Source: an uncultured virus (IMG/VR IMGVR_UViG_3300008107_006367) (lineage: Duplodnaviria; Heunggongvirae; Uroviricota; Caudoviricetes). From it: a stretch of 64,000 nucleotides of DNA. Positions 49,203-60,416 of this stretch are shown piece after piece. The translations under genes and the position numbers were made by a program. The notes under the pieces are model-generated. The model saw only the letters and a program-made list of their open reading frames with translations. It was not told the DNA's origin and did no database searches. The stretch lies in the IMG/VR virus record IMGVR_UViG_3300008107_006367. One strand, written 5' to 3'. Every line of letters starts with the position of its first letter. The stretch's first letter is position 1.

Positions 49203-50179
49203 TAGTATTCATAACAACAGGTTACGGAAAAAACATAGTAGGAGGTTCGGATATATGGTGTAATAGCTTCGTAGAGAACGTTTTACCATTGGTTACTGAA
49301 GATTACAAAATTGTAATTGATGGTAGACCTTTGTTGCCAGAAGAAGGAGCAATTTACACTTACCAAAATGATGATGAAATAGATAGGATATTAAATGAAT
49401 GTGATAAGATTGTATTCTTACATCATTCTTACAAACCAAATCCTATAATCAAAAAATATCTACATAAAACTCACACAACCTTTGTTCATGCTTTCATTCC
49501 TGATATGTTGGGATTGAACGATGAGTATGAAAACCTAATGACTAAAATTGATTGGGAATGGCAAAAGGAAATATTGGATAATTCGGATAATATAATTTGG
49601 ATTGGATATGAAAACGATACTATACATAAAAGTTATCCACACGTTATTAACATTACAAATTATTATGAATGGAAAGAAAGTAAACCATTTTTAGGAATTA
49701 TTTCAAATAAGATTGGATATGCTGCGAGATGCGAAACTCGTAAAAATGCACATTACTTAGATAATATTCCTTCTATTATATTTTCTAACAAATATGATTA
49801 TAAGAGAATGTTAGAAGGTAGTAAAATAAATTCCGATTACCATAGATTTATTGAATTCGATTACCGATTTCATCAGAAATTTTTTGATGGTAATTTTCAA
49901 ATATTTCACGGATGTTATACAAAAGAACCTTTTGGGTATTCAATATTTGATGCGGTAGATAATGGTAAAATTCCAATTATACATACGAATTGGATGAAAC
50001 ATATTGATTACAAATATAGAGCAAATACAAAAGAAGAATTTAATCACATATATTTAGAAATATTAGAGGATTCATTTGATAAAGTAAATTTTGAATTTAA
50101 TAAATTAAGAAATGGATTAAATGAATATAATAATAAACAAAAGTGGGTTACCGAAATATGCAAAGTCTTATCAATTTAA
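49199..50179 (+). CDS. putative GT-B (GT4-like) glycosyltransferase
   Basis: GGSDIW, RKN, EPFGYSIFDAVDNGKIPI. Confidence 0.7.
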   Translation: MIVFITTGYGKNIVGGSDIWCNSFVENVLPLVTEDYKIVIDGRPLLPEEGAIYTYQNDDEIDRILNECDKIVFLHHSYKPNPIIKKYLHKTHTTFVHAFIPDMLGLNDEYENLMTKIDWEWQKEILDNSDNIIWIGYENDTIHKSYPHVINITNYYEWKESKPFLGIISNKIGYAARCETRKNAHYLDNIPSIIFSNKYDYKRMLEGSKINSDYHRFIEFDYRFHQKFFDGNFQIFHGCYTKEPFGYSIFDAVDNGKIPIIHTNWMKHIDYKYRANTKEEFNHIYLEILEDSFDKVNFEFNKLRNGLNEYNNKQKWVTEICKVLSI

Positions 50180-50922
50180 ATTTAGTAAAAAATTTTATTA
50201 CTAATAATCATACAACAAATGAAGAGGGTGATGTATCATATCAGCCCGTTAAATATCGTTGGTCACATGGTGCAACTGATTTACATTTAGGAGATGGGTT
50301 ATTAGTGTATTCTCTCATACAATTTATTAGAGCAAAGGTATGTGTATGTATTGGAACAGGTGGTGGATTCATACCCCGTTTGATGACACAATCTCGCCAC
50401 GATTTATGGGAGCAAGGAATATTCGAAGGAAATCCATCCAACGAATGGGGTGATATTGGAACTACAATAGTAATAGATGCTGCAAATGGCGTTGGTGGGT
50501 TTACTGATTGGACTGAAGAGAATAGTTTTTTAAGACAACATTTTGCACCACAAGTTATAATCGAAACATCAGAAAGAGCATACTATGATTATTTCGTAAG
50601 ACAGGATATAAAAATCGATTATCTACACATAGATGGCGACCATTCATATGAGGGAGTTAAAAAGGATTTTGAATTGTATTCTCAAATAATGTCAGAAAAT
50701 GGAATTATCACAATTCACGATACAGACCAAAACTATCATAATACGTTTTTAGTTCCAGATACACAAAAAACAGATTTCGCAGAATTTGATGGGCCTGCAA
50801 AATTTATTGAAGAATTAAAAAATAACTCTCAATATAATTTGGTAAATTTAAAAAATTTTATTAACTTTACACACAAAAGTACATCTACTGGGTTAACCAT
50901 AGTTACTAAAAATAAAATATGA
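50158..50922 (+). CDS. class I SAM methyltransferase (Methyltransf_24-like)
   Basis: CIGTGGG, IDYLHIDGDHSYEGVKKDF, GIITIHD. Confidence 0.8.
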   Translation: MQSLINLNLVKNFITNNHTTNEEGDVSYQPVKYRWSHGATDLHLGDGLLVYSLIQFIRAKVCVCIGTGGGFIPRLMTQSRHDLWEQGIFEGNPSNEWGDIGTTIVIDAANGVGGFTDWTEENSFLRQHFAPQVIIETSERAYYDYFVRQDIKIDYLHIDGDHSYEGVKKDFELYSQIMSENGIITIHDTDQNYHNTFLVPDTQKTDFAEFDGPAKFIEELKNNSQYNLVNLKNFINFTHKSTSTGLTIVTKNKI

Positions 50923-51773
50923 TAAGATTAGTTACTGTAACGGGAGCAAGAACCACAACTTTGCCATATATGTTACAACACTATATTGATTTAGTCGATG
51001 AAATATATGTTGTAGCATACGATACCAAAAATAATCAATATGAGAATGTAAAGAAAGTATGTGATTTATTTGGAAGTAAAGTAAAATTATATAAGCATTT
51101 AGATGAGCAAGAGTATAATTGGGAAACAGTTACATTACTTTATAATGTAATAAAAAATTTATATCCAGAAGATTGGTGGATAGTTTCTGATGATGATGAA
51201 TTTCACATTTATTCAAAACCATTAAATCAAATTATACAAGATTGTGATACAAATGGTTGGGATATTGTAAGGGGTGGGTTTATAGACAGAATAGGTGAAG
51301 ATGGTAAATTTAATGAAATAAAACCATTCAGTTCTAATCAAAACCTATTTAGTCAATTTCCAATGGCTGGCTTTTTTAGATATCCTATGAGTGGAGCTTG
51401 CCCAAATAAAATATGTATAGTTAGGGGAAATGTTGAAATTACAAATGGACAGCATTATGCAAAAATTGGTAATAAAACATTGTGGGGGCCGCAATTAGAT
51501 AATAAAAGAATAGCGCCAATAGATGAATACAATGTACAGGTTCATCATTTTAAATGGGATTCTACATCTATTGATAGGATTAAAGCTGTAGCAGATATTA
51601 AAAAAGATTATGCATATTCCGATGAATATCTAAAAATGTATCAATCACTACGTTCAAATGGATTTAAATTAAATATCGAAAATCCTTTATACAAATTCGA
51701 ATTTTGCCCAACAGCAAACTACGAAAATTACAAAAATTGGAGTGTTTTATTAAAAGAAATTATATCTATATAA
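50919..51773 (+). CDS. GT2-like glycosyltransferase
   Basis: LQHY, WWIVSDDDEF, GQH, VHHFKW. Confidence 0.7.
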   Translation: MIRLVTVTGARTTTLPYMLQHYIDLVDEIYVVAYDTKNNQYENVKKVCDLFGSKVKLYKHLDEQEYNWETVTLLYNVIKNLYPEDWWIVSDDDEFHIYSKPLNQIIQDCDTNGWDIVRGGFIDRIGEDGKFNEIKPFSSNQNLFSQFPMAGFFRYPMSGACPNKICIVRGNVEITNGQHYAKIGNKTLWGPQLDNKRIAPIDEYNVQVHHFKWDSTSIDRIKAVADIKKDYAYSDEYLKMYQSLRSNGFKLNIENPLYKFEFCPTANYENYKNWSVLLKEIISI

Positions 51774-51789
51774 AAGGTTATATTTGGTT

Positions 51790-53262
51790 ATGTCAAAGAA
51801 AAAGTTAGGTATTATTGTACCGATACGAGATAGAAACGAAGAACTATACAAATTCTCTGCACACATGCAGTGGTTCTTAGCTGATAAGATGGATTATACA
51901 ATCTATTTTATAGAGCAACATTCTCCCGATTTATTTAATTATGGTAGTTTGTGTAATGTTGGCTACAAACTTCTAAAAGATGAATGTGATTATTTCATAT
52001 TTCACGATGTGAACTTAATTCCGATAACCGATAATTGCGATTATTCAGACCAATTCTTAAATCCGATACATATGGCTTCTAATATTTCAGATATTAAAAA
52101 TGGAAAGCCATATCCACATTATATTGGTGGAGTATTTAAAATATCAAAAGAAGATTTTGAAAAAATAAATGGATTTAGTAATGATTATTGGGATGGTGGG
52201 TTTGAATATATGGATTTGTTATGGAGAATGAATAAATACAATGTATTTCTTCCTACTATAAAATTCTTCGATAAAGACATATACAAACCACATAGATTAA
52301 TTGATGTTACTGAAAATGAATACGAAGTTACAAAAAAATTAACATCATTTGAATTTTCAGATGGAGATTCTTTAATGATAAAATCCAATCCAATAGTAGA
52401 TAATTTATTTCAAGATTCTTTTACATTATCATTTGATGCTTTCATTAATGGAGATTTAACACAAGATGGAACATTAATAGCAAAAGAAGGATATGATGTT
52501 GGATTATTCATTAAAAATAATGAAGCAATGGTTTTTCAACATTGGTTTGAAGATGGTGAATTGATACAAATATGGTGGAATCATTCGGATATTAAAGATA
52601 AATGGGCACATATAACTTTAAGATTTGATACAGTTCAGGGAATAGTATCATTATTTGTAAATGGTAGTTTAGTAGATGAAGTATTTTTTGATACATCTAA
52701 ATTACTTATGGATTTTTCTCAAAAAGATATTTGGCTAGGCTCTCTTTTCTTTAAAAATAAATTAAATGGTAAAATTTCAAATTTATTATGTTTCGATTAT
52801 GCATTAAGCGATACTGAAATCGATTTAGTATTCAAAGAAAACTATGATAAGGGGCTTACTACATTTGAACCAATCATTGATATATCTTTTAATAAAATGG
52901 TTGGACAATTTTATATTGATACCGCTAGCTTAAAAAACCACGCTAGACAGATTTTAATATCAAATCATAAAAAAATAGTAGAAGAAGATTTTCAATATTC
53001 TTATAAATTTAATATGCCAGAATCCGATATTGGTAAATTTAAAGTTTTGGAAAATTCAGAAAAATTCACTATATTAGACAATTATAATTATGAAACTCCA
53101 AACCCAAATTTTATAGAGAATGAAAACATATTCTTTTATGAATCAGTAAAATCAAAAAACAAAGATATTCCTAAATTTGGATTATCAAGTGTAAGTTATA
53201 AAATTATGGGTGAAACAAAAATAGATAAAAACATAAAAAAAATTTCAGTTAAACTAAACTAA
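51790..53262 (+). CDS. GT7 galactosyltransferase-like with LamG insertion (degenerate motifs)
   Basis: IIVPIRDR, FHDVN, INGFSNDYWDGGFEYMD, LamG core. Confidence 0.75.
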   Translation: MSKKKLGIIVPIRDRNEELYKFSAHMQWFLADKMDYTIYFIEQHSPDLFNYGSLCNVGYKLLKDECDYFIFHDVNLIPITDNCDYSDQFLNPIHMASNISDIKNGKPYPHYIGGVFKISKEDFEKINGFSNDYWDGGFEYMDLLWRMNKYNVFLPTIKFFDKDIYKPHRLIDVTENEYEVTKKLTSFEFSDGDSLMIKSNPIVDNLFQDSFTLSFDAFINGDLTQDGTLIAKEGYDVGLFIKNNEAMVFQHWFEDGELIQIWWNHSDIKDKWAHITLRFDTVQGIVSLFVNGSLVDEVFFDTSKLLMDFSQKDIWLGSLFFKNKLNGKISNLLCFDYALSDTEIDLVFKENYDKGLTTFEPIIDISFNKMVGQFYIDTASLKNHARQILISNHKKIVEEDFQYSYKFNMPESDIGKFKVLENSEKFTILDNYNYETPNPNFIENENIFFYESVKSKNKDIPKFGLSSVSYKIMGETKIDKNIKKISVKLN

Positions 53263-53267
53263 CAAAT

Positions 53268-53549
53268 ATGGCAGGTACAAAAAAAGTTGTTACACAACAA
53301 GTAGAATCAGCAGAAGCTGTTGAAAATTTAATCTTAGAACAAAGAAAAGTTAAAGCATTAGAAAAAATTGCAAACTCTTTAGATGCATTAACTGTTTGGT
53401 TCGAAGAAATTGAAAAGCAAGATTGGAGTGATAGAATTCAATACTATTTGTATGAATTACATAATAATGTTACCAGAATGGCTGATGCAGCTGAGGGAAC
53501 ATCATCACAACCATCTACTGGCAGACCTAAAAAAGATTCTGAAAAATAA
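53268..53549 (+). CDS. helical hypothetical protein
   Basis: ORF coupled to neighbours. Confidence 0.65.
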   Translation: MAGTKKVVTQQVESAEAVENLILEQRKVKALEKIANSLDALTVWFEEIEKQDWSDRIQYYLYELHNNVTRMADAAEGTSSQPSTGRPKKDSEK

Positions 53550-55009
53550 TGAAATTAGGTATAATTGTTCCATATAGAAATAGAGAAGCTCATCTAAAGA
53601 TGTTTAGAGAAAGTGTTGATGCTGCTCTAAAAAAACAATCAATTCAATATGAACTTATTATAGTAGAACAATTAGATGAGAAACCTTTTAATAGAGGTAA
53701 GTTATTAAATATAGGATTTGAAAGAGCCAAAAAATTAGGTTGTAAATATGTTGCGTTTCACGATGTGGATATGATACCAATTAAGGTGGATTACTCATAT
53801 TCAGAAACACCAATACATTTAGCAACTGGTTTTGAAGATAACCCAAATATCAAAAGAATAGTATTTGATGAATACTTTGGAGGTATAACTATTTTTCCAA
53901 TGCAAGCGTTTGAACAAATAAATGGTTATTCAAACGATTATTGGGGATGGGGATTTGAAGATGATGACCTTCTATATAGATGTAAGCAAGCCGGATTATC
54001 TTTAGATAAAAAAATAATAAAATCCGATGCTAAAGTAAAAGGATTATATTTTAATGGTAAAAATTCTTATATTGAAATTGATAAACTGCATGATATTTTT
54101 GATTTTAAAAATTCAAGAAGTGTAGTAGTAAAATTTAAAGCAGATAGCATAGTTTGTAGTCCGAATAAAGAATGGGATGATTATACAGTTTTTTCTATTC
54201 CTGGTTATGATACAAATATAAGTTTTAATTCATTCAAAAGATATAAAGTAGAAACTTGGGATACAAATAATAATGCGTATGCTATAAACTCTGAAATATC
54301 AATTAATTCATATGTAAATATTGTATTTAATTTAGATTTCTTAAATGGAAAAATATCAATGTATAAGGATGGTGAGTTTATAGGAGAAACAACTATATCA
54401 CGCACTTATAACAGAGATGGTAAAGAAGTGAAAGAATTTGCTAAAATAAAAAATTATAAAGATGAAGCATCTTTCTTTTTAGGCTGTGGAGACCCGTATA
54501 GAAATGAAGATGGTAATTGGTTTAAAGGCGTAATTAAAGAATTTGCGGTATATGATGGAATACTTTCACCATCGGAAATAAAAGCAATATCAGAAAACAG
54601 AATGTATCCACTTACTGAAAATTTTAAACAATATAAATCTTCAGAAAAACTATTATGTTATTATGATACTTGTATAACAAGGAATAGAACTTTGATAGAT
54701 TTAAGTGGTAATGGTAATGATGCATCTACACACCAAACTCATTTAGTTGAAATCGATGTTTCAGATGAATTTGATGTATATGTTCCAAAAAGAAGAAAAT
54801 CTTTGATAAAACTATTATCTCATAGAGAAAATGGATATACTGGTGGTAAATGGAAAACTAGAAATACTCGCCAAAATCAAATAAGATTTTTTAACAATAT
54901 TTCCAGAAACTTAACAAATGTAGAATCTGATGGATTATCAAATTGTACATATAAATTATTAAACGAGGCAACGATTAAAAACTATCATTTTTTGTCTGTA
55001 CTTTTATAA
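53549..55009 (+). CDS. GT7 galactosyltransferase-like with LamG insertion
   Basis: VPYRNR, FNRGKLLN, HDVD, NGYSNDYWGWGFEDDD, LamG, DGL. Confidence 0.85.
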   Translation: MKLGIIVPYRNREAHLKMFRESVDAALKKQSIQYELIIVEQLDEKPFNRGKLLNIGFERAKKLGCKYVAFHDVDMIPIKVDYSYSETPIHLATGFEDNPNIKRIVFDEYFGGITIFPMQAFEQINGYSNDYWGWGFEDDDLLYRCKQAGLSLDKKIIKSDAKVKGLYFNGKNSYIEIDKLHDIFDFKNSRSVVVKFKADSIVCSPNKEWDDYTVFSIPGYDTNISFNSFKRYKVETWDTNNNAYAINSEISINSYVNIVFNLDFLNGKISMYKDGEFIGETTISRTYNRDGKEVKEFAKIKNYKDEASFFLGCGDPYRNEDGNWFKGVIKEFAVYDGILSPSEIKAISENRMYPLTENFKQYKSSEKLLCYYDTCITRNRTLIDLSGNGNDASTHQTHLVEIDVSDEFDVYVPKRRKSLIKLLSHRENGYTGGKWKTRNTRQNQIRFFNNISRNLTNVESDGLSNCTYKLLNEATIKNYHFLSVLL

Positions 55010-55010
55010 T

Positions 55011-56477
55011 ATGAAATTAGGTGTATGTGTACCATATAGAAATAGAGAAGAGCACTTAAAAAGATTTGTTCCCCATATTCATAAATTTTTAAATGAAAGG
55101 GGAATTGAGCATGCTATATACTTAGGACATCAAAATGATGATGAATTATTCAATCGAGGATTGATGAAAAATGTAGCAGCAATTGTTGCATTTGAAGATG
55201 GGTGTGATTATATAGTTTGGCACGATATTGATATGGTGCCAGAAGATGAGAGTTGTGATTATTCATTTCCAACCGATAATCCACAACACATAGCAGTTCG
55301 TATATCTCAATCTGATTACAATTTAAAGTATGAAGAATACTTTGGAGGAGCAGTTTTATTTAGTAAAGAGCAAGCATATAAAACCAATGGTTATTCAAAT
55401 GATTATTGGGATTGGGGTATGGAAGATGATGACCTTTTTTGGAGATGTGTTTTGGAGGGAATGGTTGATAAAAAAATTCATCAAACAATAGAAAACCAAT
55501 CATATGGTAAGTTTAATGGTATAAACTCATTATTAGAAATATTACCATCTAATAATTTAAGAAACGCAATTTCTGATTCACATACCATTTCAGTTTTGGT
55601 AAAGGCTGACCAGCAAATAGAAAAAGTTCCGATTTGGTTAATTGGCGATACAAAAAGACAATTTGTAGAATACCCGATATTCAGAAAACCTGGTTACGAT
55701 TGGGGACTATCTTTTAATAATAGTAGAGCATATACTGCTATGCTATGGGATTCCAAAAAGAATCACATATATCAATGGATGAAACGTTATGAAAATCAAT
55801 GGAGTTGGGTAACGATGGTATTAGATGCAAAAAATAAAAAGATGCATCTTTATATGAATGGAAATGAAAGCGATGCCAGAAATGGTACAGGCACAAATTC
55901 ACCTATGTATTTCGAATCACCATTAAAGAGATATGGAGTTGAACCATTTTTTGTTGGACACACGCCATCACCGGGAACTCAAAAATATGCTAAATGGTTT
56001 AAAGGAGATATTGCTAAAATTAAAGTTTGGAATAAAGCATTTAATAATGATGAAGTTAAAAATAGTATTTTTGAAAATGCTTTTGAAAAAACAGCTATTT
56101 TAAATCTATCATTTAATGGTATGGCAAAAGATGATTCTTATTTAAAACATAGATTAGTAAATCAAAATGTAGAAATAGAATCAAAAAATATAGAAGTACC
56201 ATCTACAATATTACCATATAGAAGAGATGGTAAATTTGAATGCTTACCACATCAAACGGAAGGTATTATTGAAGTCGGAGGAATTCAGAAATGGGCAAAA
56301 GGTGAAACTACTGCTGCAAACGAAAGGAGATATGTATTAAATATGCAGCAAGGTAGTATCAATTATAAAAGCGATGGATTATCAAATGCAAAAGAAAGAT
56401 ATGAATTTATCAGTAAAGAGCAGATAATGGATATTCCAAACGCATTTATGGTAAATGTAAAAACCATAAAGAAATGA
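55011..56477 (+). CDS. GT7 galactosyltransferase-like with LamG insertion
   Basis: VPYRNR, FNRG, HDID, YWDWGMEDDD, LamG, DGL. Confidence 0.85.
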   Translation: MKLGVCVPYRNREEHLKRFVPHIHKFLNERGIEHAIYLGHQNDDELFNRGLMKNVAAIVAFEDGCDYIVWHDIDMVPEDESCDYSFPTDNPQHIAVRISQSDYNLKYEEYFGGAVLFSKEQAYKTNGYSNDYWDWGMEDDDLFWRCVLEGMVDKKIHQTIENQSYGKFNGINSLLEILPSNNLRNAISDSHTISVLVKADQQIEKVPIWLIGDTKRQFVEYPIFRKPGYDWGLSFNNSRAYTAMLWDSKKNHIYQWMKRYENQWSWVTMVLDAKNKKMHLYMNGNESDARNGTGTNSPMYFESPLKRYGVEPFFVGHTPSPGTQKYAKWFKGDIAKIKVWNKAFNNDEVKNSIFENAFEKTAILNLSFNGMAKDDSYLKHRLVNQNVEIESKNIEVPSTILPYRRDGKFECLPHQTEGIIEVGGIQKWAKGETTAANERRYVLNMQQGSINYKSDGLSNAKERYEFISKEQIMDIPNAFMVNVKTIKK

Positions 56478-56716
56478 GTGATATACTGATGCCAAGAATG
56501 ACTGATACAATGGAAACGGGGTTATTGGTAACTTGGTTTGTTAAAGTAGGAGATTATGTAAAGTCGGGTGATATAATTGCTGAAATAGAAACTGATAAAG
56601 CCGTTATGGATTTAGAAGTTTGGGAAAGTGGATATATAACCTATATAGGAATAGAAGAAGGTAAAAGAATACCAATTAATAGTATAATAGCTAAAATAGA
56701 AAATAATGTCAGATAA
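56474..56716 (+). CDS. stand-alone lipoyl-carrier domain
   Basis: MPRMTDTMETG...GDIIAEIETDKAVMDLE (PDH E2-type lipoyl Lys). Confidence 0.85.
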   Translation: MSDILMPRMTDTMETGLLVTWFVKVGDYVKSGDIIAEIETDKAVMDLEVWESGYITYIGIEEGKRIPINSIIAKIENNVR

Positions 56717-58130
56717 ATTTAAAGTTGATTTAGAACAACAAAACCCTTTGTATGTAAATACGAAGAAAACATTAGATGCAGTTGGACCGGGTATGTGTTT
56801 GGCAAAATGGACACAAGTAACGTTATCGTTGCAAGTTGGACATAACCACTCATGTCACCACCCACGCACTCACGCAATTTCACCGCAAGAGATTGCACGA
56901 AACCCATCTGCACTTCATAATACGAGATATAAAAAACTTCGTAGAAAAGAAATGTTAAGTGGTGCAAGACCAACGGAGTGTGATTATTGTTGGGGTGTAG
57001 AAGATAATTCAAACATATTTTCTGATAGAATATTTAAATCTTCAGAAAGCTGGTCTTTACCATTTATGGAACAAATTAAAAGTTCTGATTGGAGAGATGA
57101 TTTTAATCCAAAATATGTTGAGGTTGCATTTAGTAATGCTTGTAATTTCAAATGTTCATATTGTGGACCTGCATACAGCTCTCAATGGGTAGAAGAAATT
57201 GAACAATATGGTGCCTATCCTACAACCGATAGATTTAATGATACTCAATATTTGATTGAAGAACACAAAATGCCAATCGCTCAAAAAGACTACAATCCAT
57301 ACGTTGAAGCATTTTGGAAATGGTGGCCTGATTTGTATAGAGATTTACATACTTTTAGAATAACAGGTGGTGAACCATTATTAGCAAAAGATACTTGGAA
57401 AGTATTGGATTATATAATTGAACAAAAAAATCCAAATAAACAACTTAAATTGGCATTTAATTCTAACTTAGGTGCACCGGATGTACTTATCGATAAGTTT
57501 ATTGAAAAAATAAAACGAATTGAAGATGAAGATAGAGCAAGCGAAATTGTAATCTTTACATCGGTAGATACCTGGGGAGAGCAAGCTGATTATATTAGAA
57601 CGGGATTAGAATTTAATAGATTTTGGGATAACGTAAATAAAATTTTAACAAAATGCCCGAGAGTTATTATTACGTTCATGTCTACCTACAATGCACTAAG
57701 TTTATTTAATTATAATAAATTAATTAAAGAAGTATATAACCTAAAAGACATATATGGTAGTTATGATAGATATTGGAATTCAGCAGTATTCTTAGATTCA
57801 TCTTATTTAAGATATCCTTTACATCAAACTGTACAAGTATTACCTTATGATTTTTCTAAAAAAATATTAGAACAAACTAAGTTGATTACATACTACGCAA
57901 TTCCTGTATTTGAACCAAAATATATTGGATTCTCTGATATAGAGGTACAAAAATTAAAAAGAATATATGATTGGATGATATCACCACAAGATGCCGGTAA
58001 GCAACTTAGAAACCGATACAACTTCCACAAATACTTTACGGAGCATGATAAGAGAAGGGGAACTAATTTTGTAAAAACATTCCCTGAATTGGAAGAATTT
58101 TATAATTTTTGTGGAACTATTCAAATTTAA
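56706..58130 (+). CDS. radical SAM protein with N-terminal Cys-rich (twitch-like) domain
   Basis: CNFKCSYC, TGGEPL; N-terminal C...CHH...CDYC. Confidence 0.88.
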   Translation: MSDKFKVDLEQQNPLYVNTKKTLDAVGPGMCLAKWTQVTLSLQVGHNHSCHHPRTHAISPQEIARNPSALHNTRYKKLRRKEMLSGARPTECDYCWGVEDNSNIFSDRIFKSSESWSLPFMEQIKSSDWRDDFNPKYVEVAFSNACNFKCSYCGPAYSSQWVEEIEQYGAYPTTDRFNDTQYLIEEHKMPIAQKDYNPYVEAFWKWWPDLYRDLHTFRITGGEPLLAKDTWKVLDYIIEQKNPNKQLKLAFNSNLGAPDVLIDKFIEKIKRIEDEDRASEIVIFTSVDTWGEQADYIRTGLEFNRFWDNVNKILTKCPRVIITFMSTYNALSLFNYNKLIKEVYNLKDIYGSYDRYWNSAVFLDSSYLRYPLHQTVQVLPYDFSKKILEQTKLITYYAIPVFEPKYIGFSDIEVQKLKRIYDWMISPQDAGKQLRNRYNFHKYFTEHDKRRGTNFVKTFPELEEFYNFCGTIQI

Positions 58131-58134
58131 AAAT

Positions 58135-58902
58135 ATGAGTTTATTAGTAAAAAAAGAAGAGCCTTGGGTTATCCTACCTGAAAGTAGATATGATATTACG
58201 GATAGAAAAATCGATACCTTTATGGATGATGATTTTTCATTATACCTAAAAGTAAAAATATTTCCAGAAACAATGGAATATGGGCAAGAAGGATTTGCAT
58301 TTGGTAGAAGTGGTAAACATTCTGGATTATCTTTTTATAAAGTAAAAAGTAACGATGGTTTTGATATCACTACATTAATGTGGACTTATTGGTTCACCGA
58401 TGATACTTTTGTACAATTTCATCACACACTAAATGAATCAGAAGTAAATGATTTTATTGAAGTAGTTGTATTAAATGATGATACTAATTCAAAAACGTTT
58501 ACAGTATATGTGAATTCAAAATTAGTAGATACAAAAGAATATGTTGAAAAAGATAAACAATCTTATAAATTTGGTGAAATGGGTGGCGGAGGATTTTATC
58601 AGTTTGGTAATGGTAATTTTCAAGTGCCGGATATAGCAATGTATTTAGAGTGTGAATTTGATATGTGTTTCTTAATAAAAGGTTTACGTTCATTAAATGA
58701 AATGCAATCGATGGCATATGGATATGAAAAAGACTTAGTTGAGTTTTTAGAAGATTTAAGAGTGTTTAGAGATGAAACCCCTTATAAAAAAGATTTAGCA
58801 TTTTTCTTAGATTTTAAACAACAAAATAGATATAAAGTGTGGGAATTGACTCACAATGGAAATTATTTATCAAAAGCAACTTTAGAAAACATTTATTTTT
58901 AA
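58135..58902 (+). CDS. LamG/ConA-like beta-sandwich hypothetical protein
   Basis: Resembles the LamG inserts of GT7 paralogues (FTVYVN, ELTHNGN). Confidence 0.45.
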   Translation: MSLLVKKEEPWVILPESRYDITDRKIDTFMDDDFSLYLKVKIFPETMEYGQEGFAFGRSGKHSGLSFYKVKSNDGFDITTLMWTYWFTDDTFVQFHHTLNESEVNDFIEVVVLNDDTNSKTFTVYVNSKLVDTKEYVEKDKQSYKFGEMGGGGFYQFGNGNFQVPDIAMYLECEFDMCFLIKGLRSLNEMQSMAYGYEKDLVEFLEDLRVFRDETPYKKDLAFFLDFKQQNRYKVWELTHNGNYLSKATLENIYF

Positions 58903-58903
58903 A

Positions 58904-59869
58904 ATGAAAATATTAATTACAGGCGGAGCAGGCTATTTAGGTTCAGTTATGGTTGAACGATTCCTACATGTAGGATATGAAGTTACAGTATTAGATAAAC
59001 TATTATTTAATCAAACTTCTCTTTTACAATATACATCATATCCTAAATTTAAATTCATATATGGAGATGTTCGTAACGAATCATTATTAGAGCAGTTATG
59101 TAAAGAAGCTGATGTGATTATACCATTAGCGGCAATAGTTGGATTTCCTGCTTGTGCAGCAGACCCTAAATTAGCAAAGGAAATTAATTTTGACCAAATC
59201 TTTAATATTGTAAGATTTGCTAAAGATAAAAAGATTTTATATCCAAATACAAATAGTGGATATGGAATTGGTATTGGACAAACCGAATGTACCGAAGAAT
59301 CGCCTCTTACACCGATATCAGTTTATGGACAAACTAAATGTGATGCAGAAAATTTCCTAAGAGCAAACACATCTGCAATTACTTTTAGATTAGCTACTGT
59401 ATTTGGCGTATCACCAAGAATGAGAACCGACTTGTTAGTAAACGATTTTGTTTACAAAGCAATTACTGATAAATACATTGTGGTGTTTGAAAAGACATTT
59501 AAAAGAAATTTTATTCATATTGAAGATGTAGCATCTGCATTTCTTTTTATGATAAATCACTACGATGAATATAAAGGTGAAGTATTTAATGTAGGATTAA
59601 GCTCTGCAAACCTTTCAAAGCAGGAACTATTGGAAAAGATACAATCCCATGTAAAGGATTTTGCGGTATCATACAACGATTTTTATGAGGACCCCGATAA
59701 AAGAGATTACATCGTATCAAACGCTAAAATAGAAGCGACTGGTTGGTTACCACAATGGGATTTAGATAGAGGTATTAAACAATTGATTCAAGGGTATCAA
59801 ATGATAGTTCCAAAAATGGGTGCAGAATTCAGAAATGGATTTCCATTAGGATACGCAAATAAAGCATAA
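58904..59869 (+). CDS. NAD-dependent nucleotide-sugar epimerase/dehydratase
   Basis: GGAGYLG, LAAIVG, YGQTK (YxxxK), FRLATVFG. Confidence 0.9.
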   Translation: MKILITGGAGYLGSVMVERFLHVGYEVTVLDKLLFNQTSLLQYTSYPKFKFIYGDVRNESLLEQLCKEADVIIPLAAIVGFPACAADPKLAKEINFDQIFNIVRFAKDKKILYPNTNSGYGIGIGQTECTEESPLTPISVYGQTKCDAENFLRANTSAITFRLATVFGVSPRMRTDLLVNDFVYKAITDKYIVVFEKTFKRNFIHIEDVASAFLFMINHYDEYKGEVFNVGLSSANLSKQELLEKIQSHVKDFAVSYNDFYEDPDKRDYIVSNAKIEATGWLPQWDLDRGIKQLIQGYQMIVPKMGAEFRNGFPLGYANKA

Positions 59870-59870
59870 T

Positions 59871-60416
59871 ATGAGTAACAAGTGGGATGAGTTCCAAATT
59901 ACTCCATCTAAAAAATTTGGTTATGATGTTCCGATATTTCAACCATCGGTTTATAGAGAATATAGAGGTGAGATATTCACAACATACCATTCGGAAGAAC
60001 ATCCTGTAATGAATCATATACACTATGATAAGAATGAACTTTCTATTCACGGAAGATTTTCTCGTTCTTATAAGGGTGTATTAAGAGGATTGCATTGGGA
60101 TAAAAAGACATGGAAGTTAGTTCAAGCAGCTGTAGGTGATATTTATTTGGTTGTTTTGGATATGAGAGAGAATTCACCAACTTATGGAGATTGGGAATCA
60201 TTTATTATAACCGAAAGATTAAGGAATCAGATATTAGTTCCACCGGGGTTTGCAAACGGACACTACGCATTAACTGATTGTATGTTTCATTATAACCTAT
60301 TTTACAAAGATGGTTATGTGGATGCGGATGAACAATATGTAGTTAAGTGGAATGACCCGGAATTTCAAATGGAATGGCCTACAAATAATCCAATATTACA
60401 AAAAAGAGATAGATGA
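59871..60416 (+). CDS. rmlC: dTDP-4-dehydrorhamnose 3,5-epimerase family
   Basis: SYKGVLRGLH, KLV, VVLDMRENSPTYG, VPPGFANG, WNDP. Confidence 0.85.
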   Translation: MSNKWDEFQITPSKKFGYDVPIFQPSVYREYRGEIFTTYHSEEHPVMNHIHYDKNELSIHGRFSRSYKGVLRGLHWDKKTWKLVQAAVGDIYLVVLDMRENSPTYGDWESFIITERLRNQILVPPGFANGHYALTDCMFHYNLFYKDGYVDADEQYVVKWNDPEFQMEWPTNNPILQKRDR

